DNA of 64,000 nt, from assembly GCA_951406725.2 (NCBI GenBank), contig OX597828.1, forward strand, positions 15,562,001 through 15,626,000. Direction: 5' to 3'. Positions 26,558 through 42,427 of the stretch are shown one piece after another. The stretch is from Octopus vulgaris (Eukaryota). Both the position numbers and the translations under genes were made by a program. The first letter of the stretch is position 1, and each line of letters begins with the position of its first letter. The notes under the pieces were generated by a model that saw nothing but the letters and a program-made list of their open reading frames with translations, was not told where the DNA came from and did no database searches.

Positions 26558-26726
26558 CTTATGTATATGTATTATATATTGTAATTGCTGTTGTTGCTGC
26601 TCCAGCATGGCTGCAGTCAAATGAATATATACACACATATATATGTAGATATAGATATACACACACATGTATCACCCATTTTCAATTACATTTTAATGCA
26701 TGTATGTATATATATATATACATACA

Positions 26727-26948
26727 TGGAGGCGCAATGGCCCAGTGGTTAGGGCAGCGGACTTGCGGTCGGAGGATCGCGGTTTCGATTCCCAGACCGG
26801 GCGTTGTGTGTGTTTATTGAGCGAAAACACCTAAAAGCTCCACGAGGCTCCGGCAGGGATGGTGGTGATCCCTGCTGTACTCTTTCACCACTCTAAAGGC
26901 GGTGCTCCAGCATGGCCGCAGTCAAATGACTGAAACAAGTAAAAAAAA

Positions 26949-26965
<17 letters not shown>
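26727..26965 (+). mobile_element. Chimeric SINE: group B head 2 plus group A 3' end and poly(A)
   Basis: ..GTACTCTTTCACCACTCT|AAAGGCGGTGCTCCAGCATGGCCGCAGTCAAATGACTGAAACAAGT(A)n. Confidence 0.8.
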
Positions 26966-27003
<38 letters not shown>

Positions 27004-27082
27004 ACATACATATATATATTTATTTGTATATATGTTTATATATATACGTATTTATACATATATACATATATATATATATACT

Positions 27083-27114
<32 letters not shown>

Positions 27115-27164
27115 CATGTATATATGTATGTATATATCTATATATCTACCTATCTATACATATA

Positions 27165-27198
<34 letters not shown>

Positions 27199-27898
27199 CA
27201 TACACGCATACATGCATACATGCATATATACACACATAAACAAATACACAATCCACACAAACACATACATGCATACAGACACATGGTATATATATATATA
27301 TTATATGTAACTATGTATACATCACATAAATTCCCACACGCACGCACACACACACATACGTATACACACACGCATACATTTGTGTGTGTGTGTGTATGTA
27401 TGTATGTATCTGTGTCAGCATAGATAATGACAGAACGGGGGGGATGACTAAAGTATCATTTTGCGTTTGGAACAGATACAGGAATCTAGATATGGCAGCG
27501 TAGAGAGAGAGAGAGAGAGTAGAGAGTTGTGAAGATAACTCCAGAGGTGGCAACTAAACACTTATCATTTGTGATGACAAAAAACATAAGGCTTCCAGCA
27601 ATAATGCAGTGTCGTTACTGATATCGCAGCATGTGCCGTGACGTGTGTGCGTGTGTCAGCGTGCGTGTTGTGTGTGTGTGTTGTGTGTGTGGTGTGTGTG
27701 TGTGTGTGTGTGTATTGTGTGTGTCTGCTTGCGTATTGTGTGGTTCATTATTGTTTTGAGCTTGTGTATATGTATATTTTGCACATACGCGCATGTTTTT
27801 GTGCATACCATCATATATAGATATACATACATACATACATACATACATACACACAGAGGCATGCACGCATATTTGTTTATTCATAGGAATACAAACAT

Positions 27899-28026
<128 letters not shown>

Positions 28027-28142
28027 TCCTACATCTCTCTCTCTCTCTATATATATATATACATATATACATACATATATAAATACATACAAATATGCAT
28101 ATATCTATATACACAGATAAATGTACACACACACACACACAA

Positions 28143-28179
<37 letters not shown>

Positions 28180-28220
28180 CATAAATACACACATATACAT
28201 GCATACATACATACATACAA

Positions 28221-28265
<45 letters not shown>

Positions 28266-28279
28266 TACGTACATACAAA

Positions 28280-28334
<55 letters not shown>

Positions 28335-29221
28335 ATATATATATATAAACTATATCAGTATTGCCCCTATTGATTGTGATTGTGATGTTCATCATCGTAT
28401 TCAAATGAATAACTGCGCACATATTTACACAGCTCTGTTGCAATATGGAGCACTCATCGCCCTCGGCGAGACTATTGTTATATGTCGAAAATATACATCA
28501 CTAAATATATAACATTATATAAGTACAGTATACATACATACATACATACATACACACATACATTACATGCACACACGTACATATATACATACATATATAT
28601 ATATATCTATATCTATATGTATATCTATATATATATGTATATATGTATATACAGATATACCTATATCCATATACGTGTACATATGCGCGCACACACACAC
28701 ACACACACATACATACTTATTTATATATATATATAAATATATACATATATATATATATGCATGCATATATGTATGTATATATATATGTATGTGTGTAAAT
28801 ATATATATATATAAGTATATATATATATATATATATATATATCTGTATATACATTCAGAAGTATGCATAAGTGTGTGTGTGTGCATGTGTGTGAGTGTGT
28901 ATGTGTGTGCTAATATCCGTTGTTATGTGAAGTTAGTATAACACCAATTGAACAGTTAACTGAAGGATTACTTCATACTTTTAGTAGAGTACTTGTTTGT
29001 TAAAATTTCAGAAGAACAGATGTGACAGTTACTTCAAAGTTTCGGCCTACTTGTCTTCGTCAGACAGTACTATACTTGAGTTCAGTACAACATTTGGGTT
29101 CAATATTTTCATAAACACGCAGTTTTATTCCCGCTGTGAACGAAATAAAAGAAGCGTTTTACTACACCGAAATGTTTTACATCTCCCTGGCAGGAAAATG
29201 TTACTCAGTTTTATAATTACT

Positions 29222-29642
29222 ATTCTTTTCTACTGTTACTTGCTTCAGTCATTTGCCCGAGGCCATACTGGAGCACCGCCTTTAGTCGAGCAAATCGACC
29301 CCAGGACCTATTCTTCGTAAGCCTCTTACCTATTCTATCGGTCACTTTTACCGCACCGCTACGTTACGGGGACGTAAGCACACCAGCATCGCTTGTCAAG
29401 CGATGGTGGAGGGAAAAACACAAACACACACAGACACATACACACACACAAACACACACACTCACACATAGATATATATATGACGGGCTTCTTTCAGTTT
29501 CCGTTCGACAAATCCACTCGCAAGGCTTTCGTCGGCACGAGGCTTTAGTAGAAGACACTTGCCCAAAGTGTTACGTAGTGGGACTGAACCCGGAAGCATG
29601 TGGTTGGTAAGCAAGCTACTTACCACACAGCCACTCCTGCGC
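29222..29642 (-). mobile_element. SINE group A, full length
   Basis: Collinear with other A copies. Confidence 0.85.
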
Positions 29643-29786
29643 ATAATATATCATCTTTCAAACTCCTGACATTGTTTGATAACGAAGTGATGAGGCATTT
29701 TTCTTAGATTTCATGAGTCTTTGTAAATCTTTATTTTGTCGAGCTAAAGAACCCCTCCTTGTAAATAAAAGTGAAAGGAAAAATTA

Positions 29787-30140
29787 TTAGGGCTTATAAA
29801 AATCCCTTTAAAAGAACGTTCTATCAACATACGTATACACTCAGATACTCAGCGACATTACCACCCCAATATCCTAAAATACTCAGAATTTAAAGTTTGA
29901 TAATGCTAACGGATATAAGATCGACTGATATATTATAGAACTCGCGTCCCAATGCATTTATGTATCCACAGATCCCATAAGTGTGATTTCTACTTCCCAT
30001 AGTCGATCTTATATCCGTTAGCATTATCAAACTTTAAATTCTGAGTATTTTAGGATATTGGGGTGGTAATGTCGCTGAGTATCTGAGTGTATACGTATGT
30101 TGATAGAACGTTCTTTTAAAGGGATTTTTATAAGCCCTAA
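29787..30140. repeat. Perfect 140-bp inverted repeat, 74-nt spacer
   Basis: 29787-29926 is the exact reverse complement of 30001-30140. Confidence 0.95.
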
Positions 30141-32100
30141 GTGCTATTAGAGCTTTTCGCAAATATGAAAAGATCGTAACTGGAGAATTTTTGCGGATAT
30201 TTCCATTAATATTTCTAGATGAATTTCCATTTGTTTATAACAGTTTAATACCCACATGGAAGCATTGCCATACCCTGAAAAATCGTCATGCAATGTATAA
30301 AACATATACATATAAACAAAAAATTTAATTATTCACTGAGAGAAAAATTTCATTAATAATAGTCATATCAGAAAATGTCACGCATTTTTCATGTGAATAA
30401 ATGGATGTTCTAAATATAACAATCGAAGAGATAAATGCGTGACACTTTTTCTAATATCTTTTCGCTAAATAATCAAATATTGAAAACTAGTCTTATTTTG
30501 ATTCTTACGAATAGCTTTTCGTACATTTTCTCACACTGCTTTCTTATTTCATTCATTTGAATAATCGACAAAGATCGAGATATATGACATCCACACACAC
30601 ACTCACACACGATATCTATTATATATGCATGTATAAACATACATACACACTCACACACATTATTTTGGTCGAGTCAGCTTCTTACAACTCTGAGTCTCAC
30701 CTGTAAGGAGACACAGGATCTTCAGGCAAGCTGTGAATGTAGCTCTGCCGGAAAATAGGCTGAATATACGTAGGCATTTTTGTCCAAGTAAAATCGTATG
30801 GTCTTGAATCTGTTAGTTTTCTATTTATGCTTCTGAGTTTACCAAAGTGGTAGCCCTTGCAGTGGAGGCGCAATTGCCCACTGGTTAGTGCAGTGGACTC
30901 GCAGTCGTAGGATCGCGGTTTCGATTCCCAGATCAAGCGTTGTGAGTGTTTATTGAGTGAAAACACTTAAAGCACCACGAAGCTCCGGCAGGGGGTGCTG
31001 GCGAACCTGCTGTACTCTTTCACCACAAATTCCTCCCACTCTTTCTTCCTGTTTCTGTTGTACCTGTATTTCAAAGGGACAGCCTTGTCACACTCTGTGT
31101 CACGCTGAATCTCCCTGAGAACTATGTTAGGGGTACAAGTGTCTGTGGAATGCTCTGCCACTTGCACGTTAATTTCATGAGCAGGCTGTTCCGTTAATCG
31201 GATCAACTGGAACCCTCGTCGTCGTAATCGACGGAGTGCCACGCTAGCCCTTGTATAGGCCTTTTGAGAAATGTGCAATATTAGCATGTAAGCGGTCAAG
31301 GGTCCCACGATGTTACTGACTTTCGTTGAATGTTAGAGTGATTAACAGGGCGATGTATATAATATAATGAATCACATGCTTTACAGTATGAGGGCTGTTT
31401 TGAATCATATAAATTGGTCAAAATATCGAGATAGTTTATTAGCTTGAGATTCGATTCGATTGTTATTTTTAAGTTCAAGTTAAAAGGGAAAACCAAAGAG
31501 AAGGTCGTCCTTATATATTTTGTTAAGCTGTTTATGCTTCAATAAGTCAGCTGTCGCCACAGAAAATAGTTGTAGGAACTCGGCATGTAAGCCGTGAAAG
31601 ATATACGGCCTGTTATAACTCACCTTAGCGGAATCCACTACTCCTACACCGAAGTAAAACGGGACGTTCTAGCGTTTATTGATCCATATTGTATTGTCAT
31701 GGAATAATAAGCGTTTTCATTGCGTGTAAAAATTATAACAATTTCTGATGAATTAATGATGGCTGAAAAGGTTTTCAGAAATTCATCGCATCCATTATTA
31801 GGACACCGAAACTGAGAGGTAATATTTCTGTATATGAAATATGCGTAAATGTGCAGGTTTCTTTATGTATGGATTTAAACCAGTGATAACATGAAATATT
31901 TTATGTGATAATTCTGTTGGATTTGTTCCCAAGAGGTGAATAAGAACAACCTTAATTTTGGAAATTATCTGATCGATAATTGGCTTATTCATTATTCCAA
32001 TATCAGTTTTAGTTGGGTTCATAAACCGTTTTACTGGGTTGTGTTTATGATCCTTAAAAGTAATGTACGTTACGCATCTCGGTTTATATATGCATAAAGC
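29927..32100 (-). pseudogene. Decayed Penelope-like retroelement: reverse transcriptase plus C-terminal GIY-YIG endonuclease
   Basis: Fragments in order on the minus strand: YITFKDHKHNPVKRFMNPTKTDIG; LLFHDNTIWINK; YKDD at 31504-31515; LNLKITIESNLKLINYLD..LYYIHRPVNH; AYKNPFKRTFYQH near 30130-30095 (GIY-YIG-like FK.R.Y.H); many stops and frameshifts. Confidence 0.8.
30860..31244 (+). mobile_element. SINE group B, head 2 plus tail 1, inserted in the Penelope-like relic
   Basis: 9-bp TSD TAGCCCTTG at 30851-30859 and 31245-31253. Confidence 0.9.
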
Positions 32101-33822
32101 ATTAATCTAATCTGAATTTTGCAATAAAAGGCTAAACATGTATCAGAGGCACAGTTTTTAACATAATATTTATATATCCCAAAGATATCTTCAACCCTAA
32201 TTTTAATTATTTGCTTTAAATTTTTCATTTCATTTATTTTTCATTTAATTTATTTTAGACATCTACTTGATACATATTTTTTTTTCAAAAAATAAATGTA
32301 GCTCATAATATATTTCGTTCGTCAAAACATTAAGTCAGTATTTGAACCCATTACTCAATATTTTTAAATTTCAATCTTCAAGTCAGAACGTCATAGGTTT
32401 TTAATCCTTGCCATGAAAAAATTTTGTTAGCGATAACTTGGGGTTAGTTTCACCCCATCATTAAAAATGCATTTAGATACCGGAAAAATCTGTTTTTTTT
32501 TGTTTCAGATTTTTACCAAACAGTATTTATTGTCTGAATAATCTATAACAGCATTTTACATGTAAATATTTTTTATCATGACACTGATTGCAGACCATCG
32601 CTATGTTCTTCACACGGAGTTATTGCATCCACTGCACATGAACCTGGTCTTCTTGTCTCTTGATCTTGAGCAAATGAAATATCTCTAGCGTTGTGTTGAA
32701 GGTACTGCTGGTAAAATTATCTGCTTCACATCTTGAGGTGTTTGATGTGTCCCCAATCTGCGCTGAGCGTGCGGAATGAGAAACGGAATCGACAGTTCTT
32801 TCAAAAATATTCATTACTTCTTGTATTTCCTCATTCCTCCAAATCGGATGCATTATGTAAAAAACTAGGTGGAATATTGAATTATAAAACCAGACACTTT
32901 GGATTAGCTAGTGTTTTAAATAAGGCCGGGATCATACTGACCCCATGGTACCAATTAAGGGTAAATTTCATTATAAACATATCCAAATTAACACAATCGG
33001 TCGGTTTTTCAAAGATTCCCTAATTTTATAACATAATTTTATAACATAAGTTATAACATAAATTAAATTACTGGTTTCAAATTTTGACACAAGGACAACA
33101 TATTCGGGGGAGGTGCTAAGTCGATTTTATCGACTCCGTCCCTCCGAAAGGATGAAAGGCAAAGTTGACCTCGGCGGAATATGAACCCAGAATGTGCAGA
33201 TAGACAAAAATTCCACAAAGCGTTTTGCCCGGCGTGCTAACGGTTCTGCCAACTCGCTGCCTTACAAAAGTTAAATTATTAATATAAAAAAACTTCTCTC
33301 GCCTAACAGTACTAAGCATTTCAAAATAAATGACCTATATTGTAACTGCTCATCATACAATTTTAAATGAACGTAAAACTGACAATTTTCCTGGCGTTAT
33401 TTTTTGCTCTTTTGTAATATCCAATTTTTTTTTTTACATATAACAATACTTCTACAGTTTTCTACACACACCCGATTGTCTTGAGACAAACATTAAGAAA
33501 ACTAGTCGGAGAGCAAAAAAGACAGTAAATAATTTTAGAGAAATAAGTTCTTCTTTAACCCTAGATCTACTTCGATCTATCAGCTCTTTGGTTGGTCAAA
33601 AGCATTCCAGTCATGACCACCCATATTTTGTCTAAGTACGATGCAACCGTGGCCACATTATTCAAGGTGTCTTTTGTGTATGACGTAAGGTGATTTCAAT
33701 GTGGCTACTGCTTTCTAGATTCCTATATGTGTGTGTGTGTGTGAGTATATGTGTGTAAATATATATATGTATGCATGAATGTATATGTGTGTGTGTGTTT
33801 GCATGTGTGAAAGTATATGTGT

Positions 33823-33908
<86 letters not shown>

Positions 33909-34140
33909 ATTGCATGTTGCAAGAGGTAAATTTCATGTTTAAGCCATCTCACTTCACTTGTGTTGCTAATTAACTTGGAAAACGTTTGCCAACCACAATC
34001 ATCACCACATCTTATTTCTTTATTCACATTTACAAACCCAAAATAAAGCAAAGAAAATAAAAAAACAGGGCATTTATGTATTTCTATAAAAGCAACAGCT
34101 ATCCACATATCGTAGGACGGAAGCCATATTGGATTGTCTT

Positions 34141-34186
<46 letters not shown>

Positions 34187-34539
34187 TTGTGAATTCTCTA
34201 ATATCGAATACATTGTTGACAGAAAGTTTCATAACGGAAAGTAGCCATTAAAGCTAGAAGCTAGACACAGACTGCGTAAGAGAGCTACAGCGGTAGTCCT
34301 ATATTATTGCAAAAACTTAGATGAATGATATGTAATTGCTAGTGAATAAATATTTGAGCCACAGAAGCAAAAGGAAAAATAATTCTTTTCCTTTTCATAA
34401 CGACCATCATTACTACCTTTCTACTATGTATGCTGCGAGACATATTACGGTTCTAATGTACGTCTAGCGATATGATATGAAGCGACAGCAACAAGAGCCT
34501 AATGGATAAAATGCTTTGTTTGCAGTATTTACTCTTTTA

Positions 34540-34925
34540 CTTGTTTCAGTAATTTTGACTGTGGCCATGCTGGAGCACCGCCTTTTCAGTCGAGGAAATC
34601 GACCCCCAGGACTTATTCTTTGTAAGCCTAGTACTTATTCTATTGGTCTCTTTAGCCGAACAACTAAGTTACGGGGACATAAACGCCCCAGCATCGGTTG
34701 TCAAGCGATGTTGGGGAGACAAAGACAGACATACATACAGACAGACAGACAGACATACACACACACACACACATACATATATACGACGGGCTTCTTTCAG
34801 TTTCCGTCTACCAATCCCGAGGCTATAGTAGAAGACACTTGTCCAAGGTGCCTCGCAGTGGGACTGAACTCGGAACCATGTTTTTCGTAAGCAAGCTACT
34901 TACCACACAACCACTCCTACGTCTA
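34540..34925 (-). mobile_element. SINE group A
   Basis: Collinear with other A copies, small internal deletion. Confidence 0.85.
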
Positions 34926-35379
34926 TGTGTACGCCCATTCAGTGTAAAATGGCGATGCCTGGTAAAACTGTTGGAATGAAGGTCGTAAGTTTCCGGGTTC
35001 GATTCGCAAACTAGGCTGTGCTTTGTATCCTTGATAAGGCATTTTATTATTTGTTAGTCAGGTCTACTTCCGAGTGGCACCTTTCAAACTATGAGCTCCA
35101 AATCTTGCAACTGTGAAACGTCAACGGTCTTTGATAGCTACAAGACCCATAGAGGTTCTAAGTGCTTAAGACATTTTGGTGCTCCCACATATGTGTAATT
35201 AAAAATATTAACAATAATAAAACATAAAATACATTTTCATTTTTCAAAATGAAACAAAACTATCAGTAAGATGGAAAATAATGTTTATTTTTGTATACTT
35301 CTACTTTATTCATATTTGAAAAGTTTTCTCCTACTTCTTTTTAATTGCAATGCTTTTGATCAAATCTCATTATGATACC

Positions 35380-35609
35380 TATTTCTTTATTACCCACAAG
35401 GGGCTAAAGACAGAGGGGACAAACAAGGACAGACATAGGTATTAAGTCGATTACATCGACCCCAGTGCGTAACTGGTACTTAATTTATCGACCCCGAAAG
35501 GATGAAAGGCAAAGTCGACCTCGGCGGAATTTGAACTCAGAACGTAACGACAGACGAAATACGGCTACACATTTCGCCCGGCGTGCTAACGTTTCTGCCA
35601 GCTCGCCGC
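35380..35609 (-). mobile_element. SINE group C monomer, young
   Basis: 14-bp TSD CTCATTATGATACC at 35366-35379 and 35610-35623. Confidence 0.9.
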
Positions 35610-36206
35610 CTCATTATGATACCATCAACGCGAAATTATATTTAAAGTGATTCCTTTTGTGCCGTAAACCATTTACTATTTCTGTGGTGCTATCCCTTCC
35701 TTTGATGCCCTTAGTACGTGCATATTTTGCTTCATGGTTAATCCGGTGCTGCTTTGAACGATGAGTCTTGGCTACACGGTGTCTTAAAAAACGGCAGGAT
35801 GACCATACATGAAATAACATTGATCATAGGGTTGATTTGATCAAGGTCACTCTGCGGTTAAACAATAACGACAATGATATTGACTTTCGTTCTTGAATAG
35901 ATTGCGACAAACATTTGTATTCCAGTTGCTTCAGTCCGGTCAAGTTGACTCGGAGTTCATCCGGTGCAAGATGGCTCCTCGTAGACTTTCTAACCAAATT
36001 CATGCTGATACAAGATTTTAACGGTCTTTAGAGGTTACTGCACATTAAATGATAATGTAGTTTCTGCATTCTGAATTTAAATCTTGCTAAGTCCTATTTG
36101 GTTTCCTATTTTTCCTGGTATCGTTGAAATAATATATATATACCATATATATATAAAAACTTACTTGGAAATGGATGTGTGCTGTTCAATCAAATAATAT
36201 ATATAT

Positions 36207-36974
36207 TATTGAGACCACAACACATGTTCGGTTGCAAAGGTAAGACGACACTTTTTATTCTTGGAGCTGATCAGTGGCTTCACTGCAGGTGATCTTGCTT
36301 GTAGGTTATATTCAACTAAACGATGAGACACAGTTTTTCGAGATAACGTTTTCTTCAGTACAATGCTCATTTCCCGAGAAACAACAGCAGGAAGTTTTAA
36401 ATCTGTCCTTTTTAACCAACTTTACCATAGCACGATCTTCTCTCTTGGTCGTTTTTCTTGGCCTACTTGTAGACTTTCTTGCTTCACACGAACCACAATC
36501 TTCGAAGACCTTAAGAATACCGTGAACAACACTTTTTGACTTGTTAACAGTTTTTGCAATAGACCCAATACTTAAATTATCCTTCTTTCGAAGCTTAATA
36601 ATCTGCTGACGAATTGGTAACGGAGTAAGTGGCATTATATTAACAAAGTACACTGCAGATATTCTTACTAATGTTTAGTAAACGAGCCATCACGTAAACA
36701 AATTCAAAACATTAGAGTTCGCCGGTTAAATATACTAAAACACGGAGTAAAAGCAACCGTTCTGATAATTTTGGCCGCCATGGGTTTTGCAGTAAATCAC
36801 TAAATCATCCATAACTTTTGTATTATCCTCTCAAATTACACCAAAATCTCGGACAATAACAATTAATATTGTATTTATTGTCTGTGAAAATTATAGCACA
36901 TAAAACAACTTTGATAAAAACTTATACCTACTTTTCTGGCGAAAACAATGCCGTTCTGAACATTTTGGCCGCAA

Positions 36975-36977
<3 letters not shown>
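36207..36977 (-). mobile_element. Tc1-family transposon, 5' half (IR-DR type)
   Basis: Terminus TA|CAGTTGCGGCCAAAA; direct repeat CCGTTCTGA.ATTTTGGCCGC near 36758 and 36951; ORF ..SIGSIAKTVNKSKSVVHGIL..SRPRKTTKREDR.. then KPLISSKNKKCRLTFATEHVLW. Confidence 0.9.
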
Positions 36978-37009
<32 letters not shown>

Positions 37010-37013
<4 letters not shown>

Positions 37014-37128
37014 CAAAACGGTACAAGAACGCAAAACATCTAGAAGACGATACAAAAAAACACGGACGGGTCATTCGAAGCCTTTAATCTTCAATCAAGA
37101 ACCGGATCATCCTCGCAATTTCGGCTGA
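37010..37128 (-). mobile_element. Penelope pLTR-like fragment in (TA)n
   Basis: Closely similar to 24283-24400 in the opposite orientation; flanked by (TA)n on both sides. Confidence 0.65.
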
Positions 37129-37140
37129 TATATATATATA

Positions 37141-37535
37141 TTGGGTTGAGGAATAATTCATGAGCGTTTTTTTTTCAAATTTAAATAAGCACGTTGAAAT
37201 ATAATGCATTGACAAAATGTTTTATGTTATTTGAAAGAGAATGTTTTGCTCTACTAGATAGCGTATTTTCATTTTTTTATTTTATTGGTTTTTGTGTAAA
37301 TGCAGATCATTAAAATGGAATGTCAAGTGGACAAAACAACATTTTCGATACCGTTTGCTTTTTGCATCTAATCGAGGTGTTAAGCCCACCGAAGCTGCTC
37401 GTGAGATTTGTGCTGTGTATGGAGAAGAAACCATGCCTCAAAGTACCGCCCGCCGTTGGTCTTCGCGCTTCAAAAAATGAGAATTTTGACCTCAGGGACC
37501 GATCACACGCCGGTCGACCAACTGAGCTCGATGAA
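37141..37535 (+). mobile_element. mariner transposon, 5' fragment
   Basis: TA|TTGGGTTGAGGAATAA terminus; HTH KQHFRYRLLF..EAAREICAVYGEE..ARRW..RF and DLRDRSHAGRP. Confidence 0.85.
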
Positions 37536-39152
37536 TCTTGCCCATTGAGTGAAGGTAGTTCACCACAGTTTTTTTTTTTTATCACAATCCATCTGCTCCG
37601 CCAATTCTCTGGTCGTTTGACGTGGATTTTCGTAAAGAAGTTGATTCAATCGCTCTTCGTCGAACTCAAATTTAAAATCACCTTAAAAAAGTACAATTTA
37701 AACGAATTTTTTGACATAAAACTATAGATCGTTAAAAAAAAACAGTTACGGACGTATTTCATTCTCATATCCAGTTATTCAAGTTGATTTGTGGGAAATC
37801 TGTGCTTGGTGACTTTTGCTACTGTACAACGTTTTGATGTATATATGATAAACATACCCTCATTTTTTCACCAATGCTGCAGAGCCTCTCTCACTTTTTG
37901 GTTTTGGTGTTTTTTAGGGCTGAAAATCCTAATACACACAAACAAGTAGAAAACTGTAGCAAAACCGATAAGGCATTTTTAGCTACTCCAGAGAATTCCT
38001 TTTGAATTGAAATCCAAAAATGTATTAATGGGAATCTCCGGGAAATGGTTGCTAATTCCTCTTCTTCACATAATAGAAGCCCATTATTAGAGAGATTATT
38101 TATGAAGGGATTTCGAATCCGGTCGTACTTTTCTGTGTTCAATAACAGAAAATAGCAGTCAATTTTTTTCTTTCAACGTTGTTAGATGATTAACCACAAT
38201 AGAGAACATTTCTTTAATGCCGTTTATACGCATTAATGGAAACACACAAAACTTGATTTTGCTCTGTTTTTCCAAATAACTTTCTTTAGAATAACTTTCT
38301 GCAGAAGCGAGGATATTTTCGTTTCTACGTTGCACATTACTGTTCACAACATTGAATAAATATCTCCATAAAATATTTTAACTTAGGCATTCATAGTTCA
38401 CACTGTAGATTTCTTTGTGTTTCTCTTTATCAAAAAATGCTATTAGCTCTTTCTGTAGTTCATGAAAGCTATCGAACTTCTGTATGCAGGAGTAATCGAA
38501 AGTGCTGAGAATCCATTTCTTTGCTTAGTCGTTCAAATAGTCTTGACTTCAAAGGTCTACTTTTAATATAATTGACGGTTTCAACTATACGCTGTAACAC
38601 TTTTTTTTAAACAAGTGTAATATCTTTGAAGCTAGAACCTCTGTTAAAAACAATGACTACAAACAATATTTAGATCTTTTTTCTCCAAGCGATACAAAAA
38701 CCTTTTAATAGAGCCTATCATATATGGTACGCAATCGGGAGAAATGCCAACAAGATTTCCACGATAAATTTATTTTTTAACGATTTCTAGTTAAAATATC
38801 AAAAAGATCTTGACCTCTTGTAGTTGTTGGTAATTTTTTGCAACAAAATCTAATAGATTATTTTATCTCCATCAATAAAACCAATAAATGTCAGCAATTG
38901 AACACTGTTACTGATATCAGTGGATTCATCAAGCATCAATACACATTTAAATTCCTGAAGTTCTTTTTGGAATTTTCTTCAATAACTTCTGATAAATTTA
39001 GAATTCTATATATATTGTATCGTTTGAAAGAATTTTTAAAAAATCTTCAGCTTTTTCTTCCAACATCGTTTTAAGTATCATTATAGAAGCTGGCGGGATA
39101 ATTGATTCACCTAGAGAGTGAGATTTGGATTTTATCATTATTTCAGTTACCT

Positions 39153-40418
<1,266 letters not shown>

Positions 40419-41119
40419 ATTATTTCAGCTACCTCATCTGAAGTGATTTGAGCAGTTTCAGACACGATCATTATCTTCTCAAACGTATTACATTGCTTCG
40501 ATTGCTGTTCTAAGAAGACTTTGAAAATACAAGATCTCCATCTGATAGATGCAAATGTTTAGTAGTAAAAATTTTAAAAAAAATTTACTTGGTACCAATG
40601 ATTCGTTGGACATTTTGTTTTTACTACAAACTATGTTTTATGGGCTTCGATGATCAACGTTTCTAGTCTAGAAAAAACGCGAATTTTAAATGGTTATCGC
40701 ACTACTGTCTGTTATGGTGAACTTTCGCTTTTTTGTACTGGAGTTTGTATGTTTTACTTCAAGACTCACGTTCACCACTAACAATTTTTTCTCTTAACAA
40801 ATTTATCTGTTTTAGATGAGAAACAGATAAGTTATTTTCACTTTCAGCTCACTGAAAAATGTCTAGTATTAAACGGATCCAAATGATAAGAATTCCCCAG
40901 TTTTTACTTTTTTTCCACTTTTTTGTTTCTAGAAACAAACTGAATATCGTGATTGGCTGCAGTAATTACTCATTCATTTCTTTTATTACCATATATAGAA
41001 TATAATTTAGCCGAAACTTCCGTGAAAGAATTGTTTGCAAGTGTGTGGAATACATTTTTTCTTAACAAACAATATGAAAAAATAGACATGCACTGACGAT
41101 ATTTAAAAATAAAATATAA

Positions 41120-41372
41120 TAAAAGCGCCCTTTTAAAGCCTAGCCAGGCTCGTGGGCCCGGTTTCCCGGTTTCAATGGCTTATGTGTTCCCCAGCTGGAC
41201 GGGACGCCAGTCCATCGCAGCGTTACTCATTTTTGCCAGCTGAGTGGACTGAAGCAACGTGAAATGAAGTGTTTTGCTCAAGAACACAACGCGTCGCTCG
41301 GTCCAAAGAATCGAAACAACAATCTTGCGATCATGATGCTGACACCCTAACCACTAAGCCACGCGCCTCCAC
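41120..41372 (-). mobile_element. SINE group B with V-domain-like tail, full length
   Basis: Matches 20367-20556 and extends to ..GGCTAGGCTTTAAAAGGGCGC. Confidence 0.85.
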
Positions 41373-42427
41373 ATGACGACATTTCACAAAACTTAATTAT
41401 GACTAATTAAAAGTGAATTTAATTTTTATTCTTTTATAATATACAAGTGAAAATTCAGCAAAAATTGCACTCATTTTAAACGTATCCGTTTCCTAGTTTA
41501 CTGTTTGTATGTGACCTAAACCCAAATTTTAGACTCCATTTTCTGTATTTCTGTAATTTCCAGGTGTGTGGTGAAATGTTGCGCGGCACATCAGATGGAA
41601 TCTCCAGACCGTTTAAACATCACTGCACTAAACTAACTTATTTAGCTTACATTTAAACCCACTACTGGTACACGCCAGGATTTCTCTGTTGGTAGCATAT
41701 ATTTCTGTATGAAAAATAACCGTAAGAATAATCAAATCAGTGAAGAAGACTCTACTTTGCAGCTCGACTTGACAGAAATAGCAACCGAATTTCTCCCAAT
41801 TCTCACCATTGTGTTGGTCCACATTACTCCGTGAGGAGCATAGGACGGGTTTCTCGGTTTTGGTATGCCAGTCCATCGCAGGATTACTCATTTTTACCAG
41901 TGACCTGGAGCAACGTGAAATGAAGTGTTTTACTTCAGAACACAACGAATGATCATGCGTCCTACACCCTAACCACTAAGCTTAGATAATAGCGCTTTCA
42001 TATAGTTATTTTCAAATAGTTCTTTTCATATCTTGGTTGTATTGTAGAAACCATCGCAGTACTTTGATTGCTGGTACTTCAACTGTACCCTGGAAGGGTG
42101 ACAGGCGAAATGGACATCGACAGGATTTTGAACTGAAATCAGAAATGGCAGCAAATAAATATCACAGGTATTTTTATCTGATGCTTTAACGATTCTACTG
42201 AAGATATCCCGAATTAATAACGTAAAAGAGCCGGAGTGAATATCACAAGGCCCTACTAGTTCCATATAAAAATACTTAAGACAAAATGGGATTGTCGTTG
42301 TTGCAATACTTTAGATCTAGATCTGGTTGATCAGGGAACACCTAATGGAAATTATCAGTAACAATAACAACAACAACGACTACGATGATGAAGAGAACAA
42401 CTCGTAATAATTTGAGACAATAAAGAG

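Noticed and set aside
30376-30444. 12-bp inverted repeat TGTCACGCATTT/AAATGCGTGACA
   Set aside because: Short, inside a decayed element, no TSD or second copy
32620-33023. Non-repetitive ORFs of 77 and 96 aa
   Set aside because: No recognisable domain or splice support; possibly the decayed 5' part of the Penelope-like element
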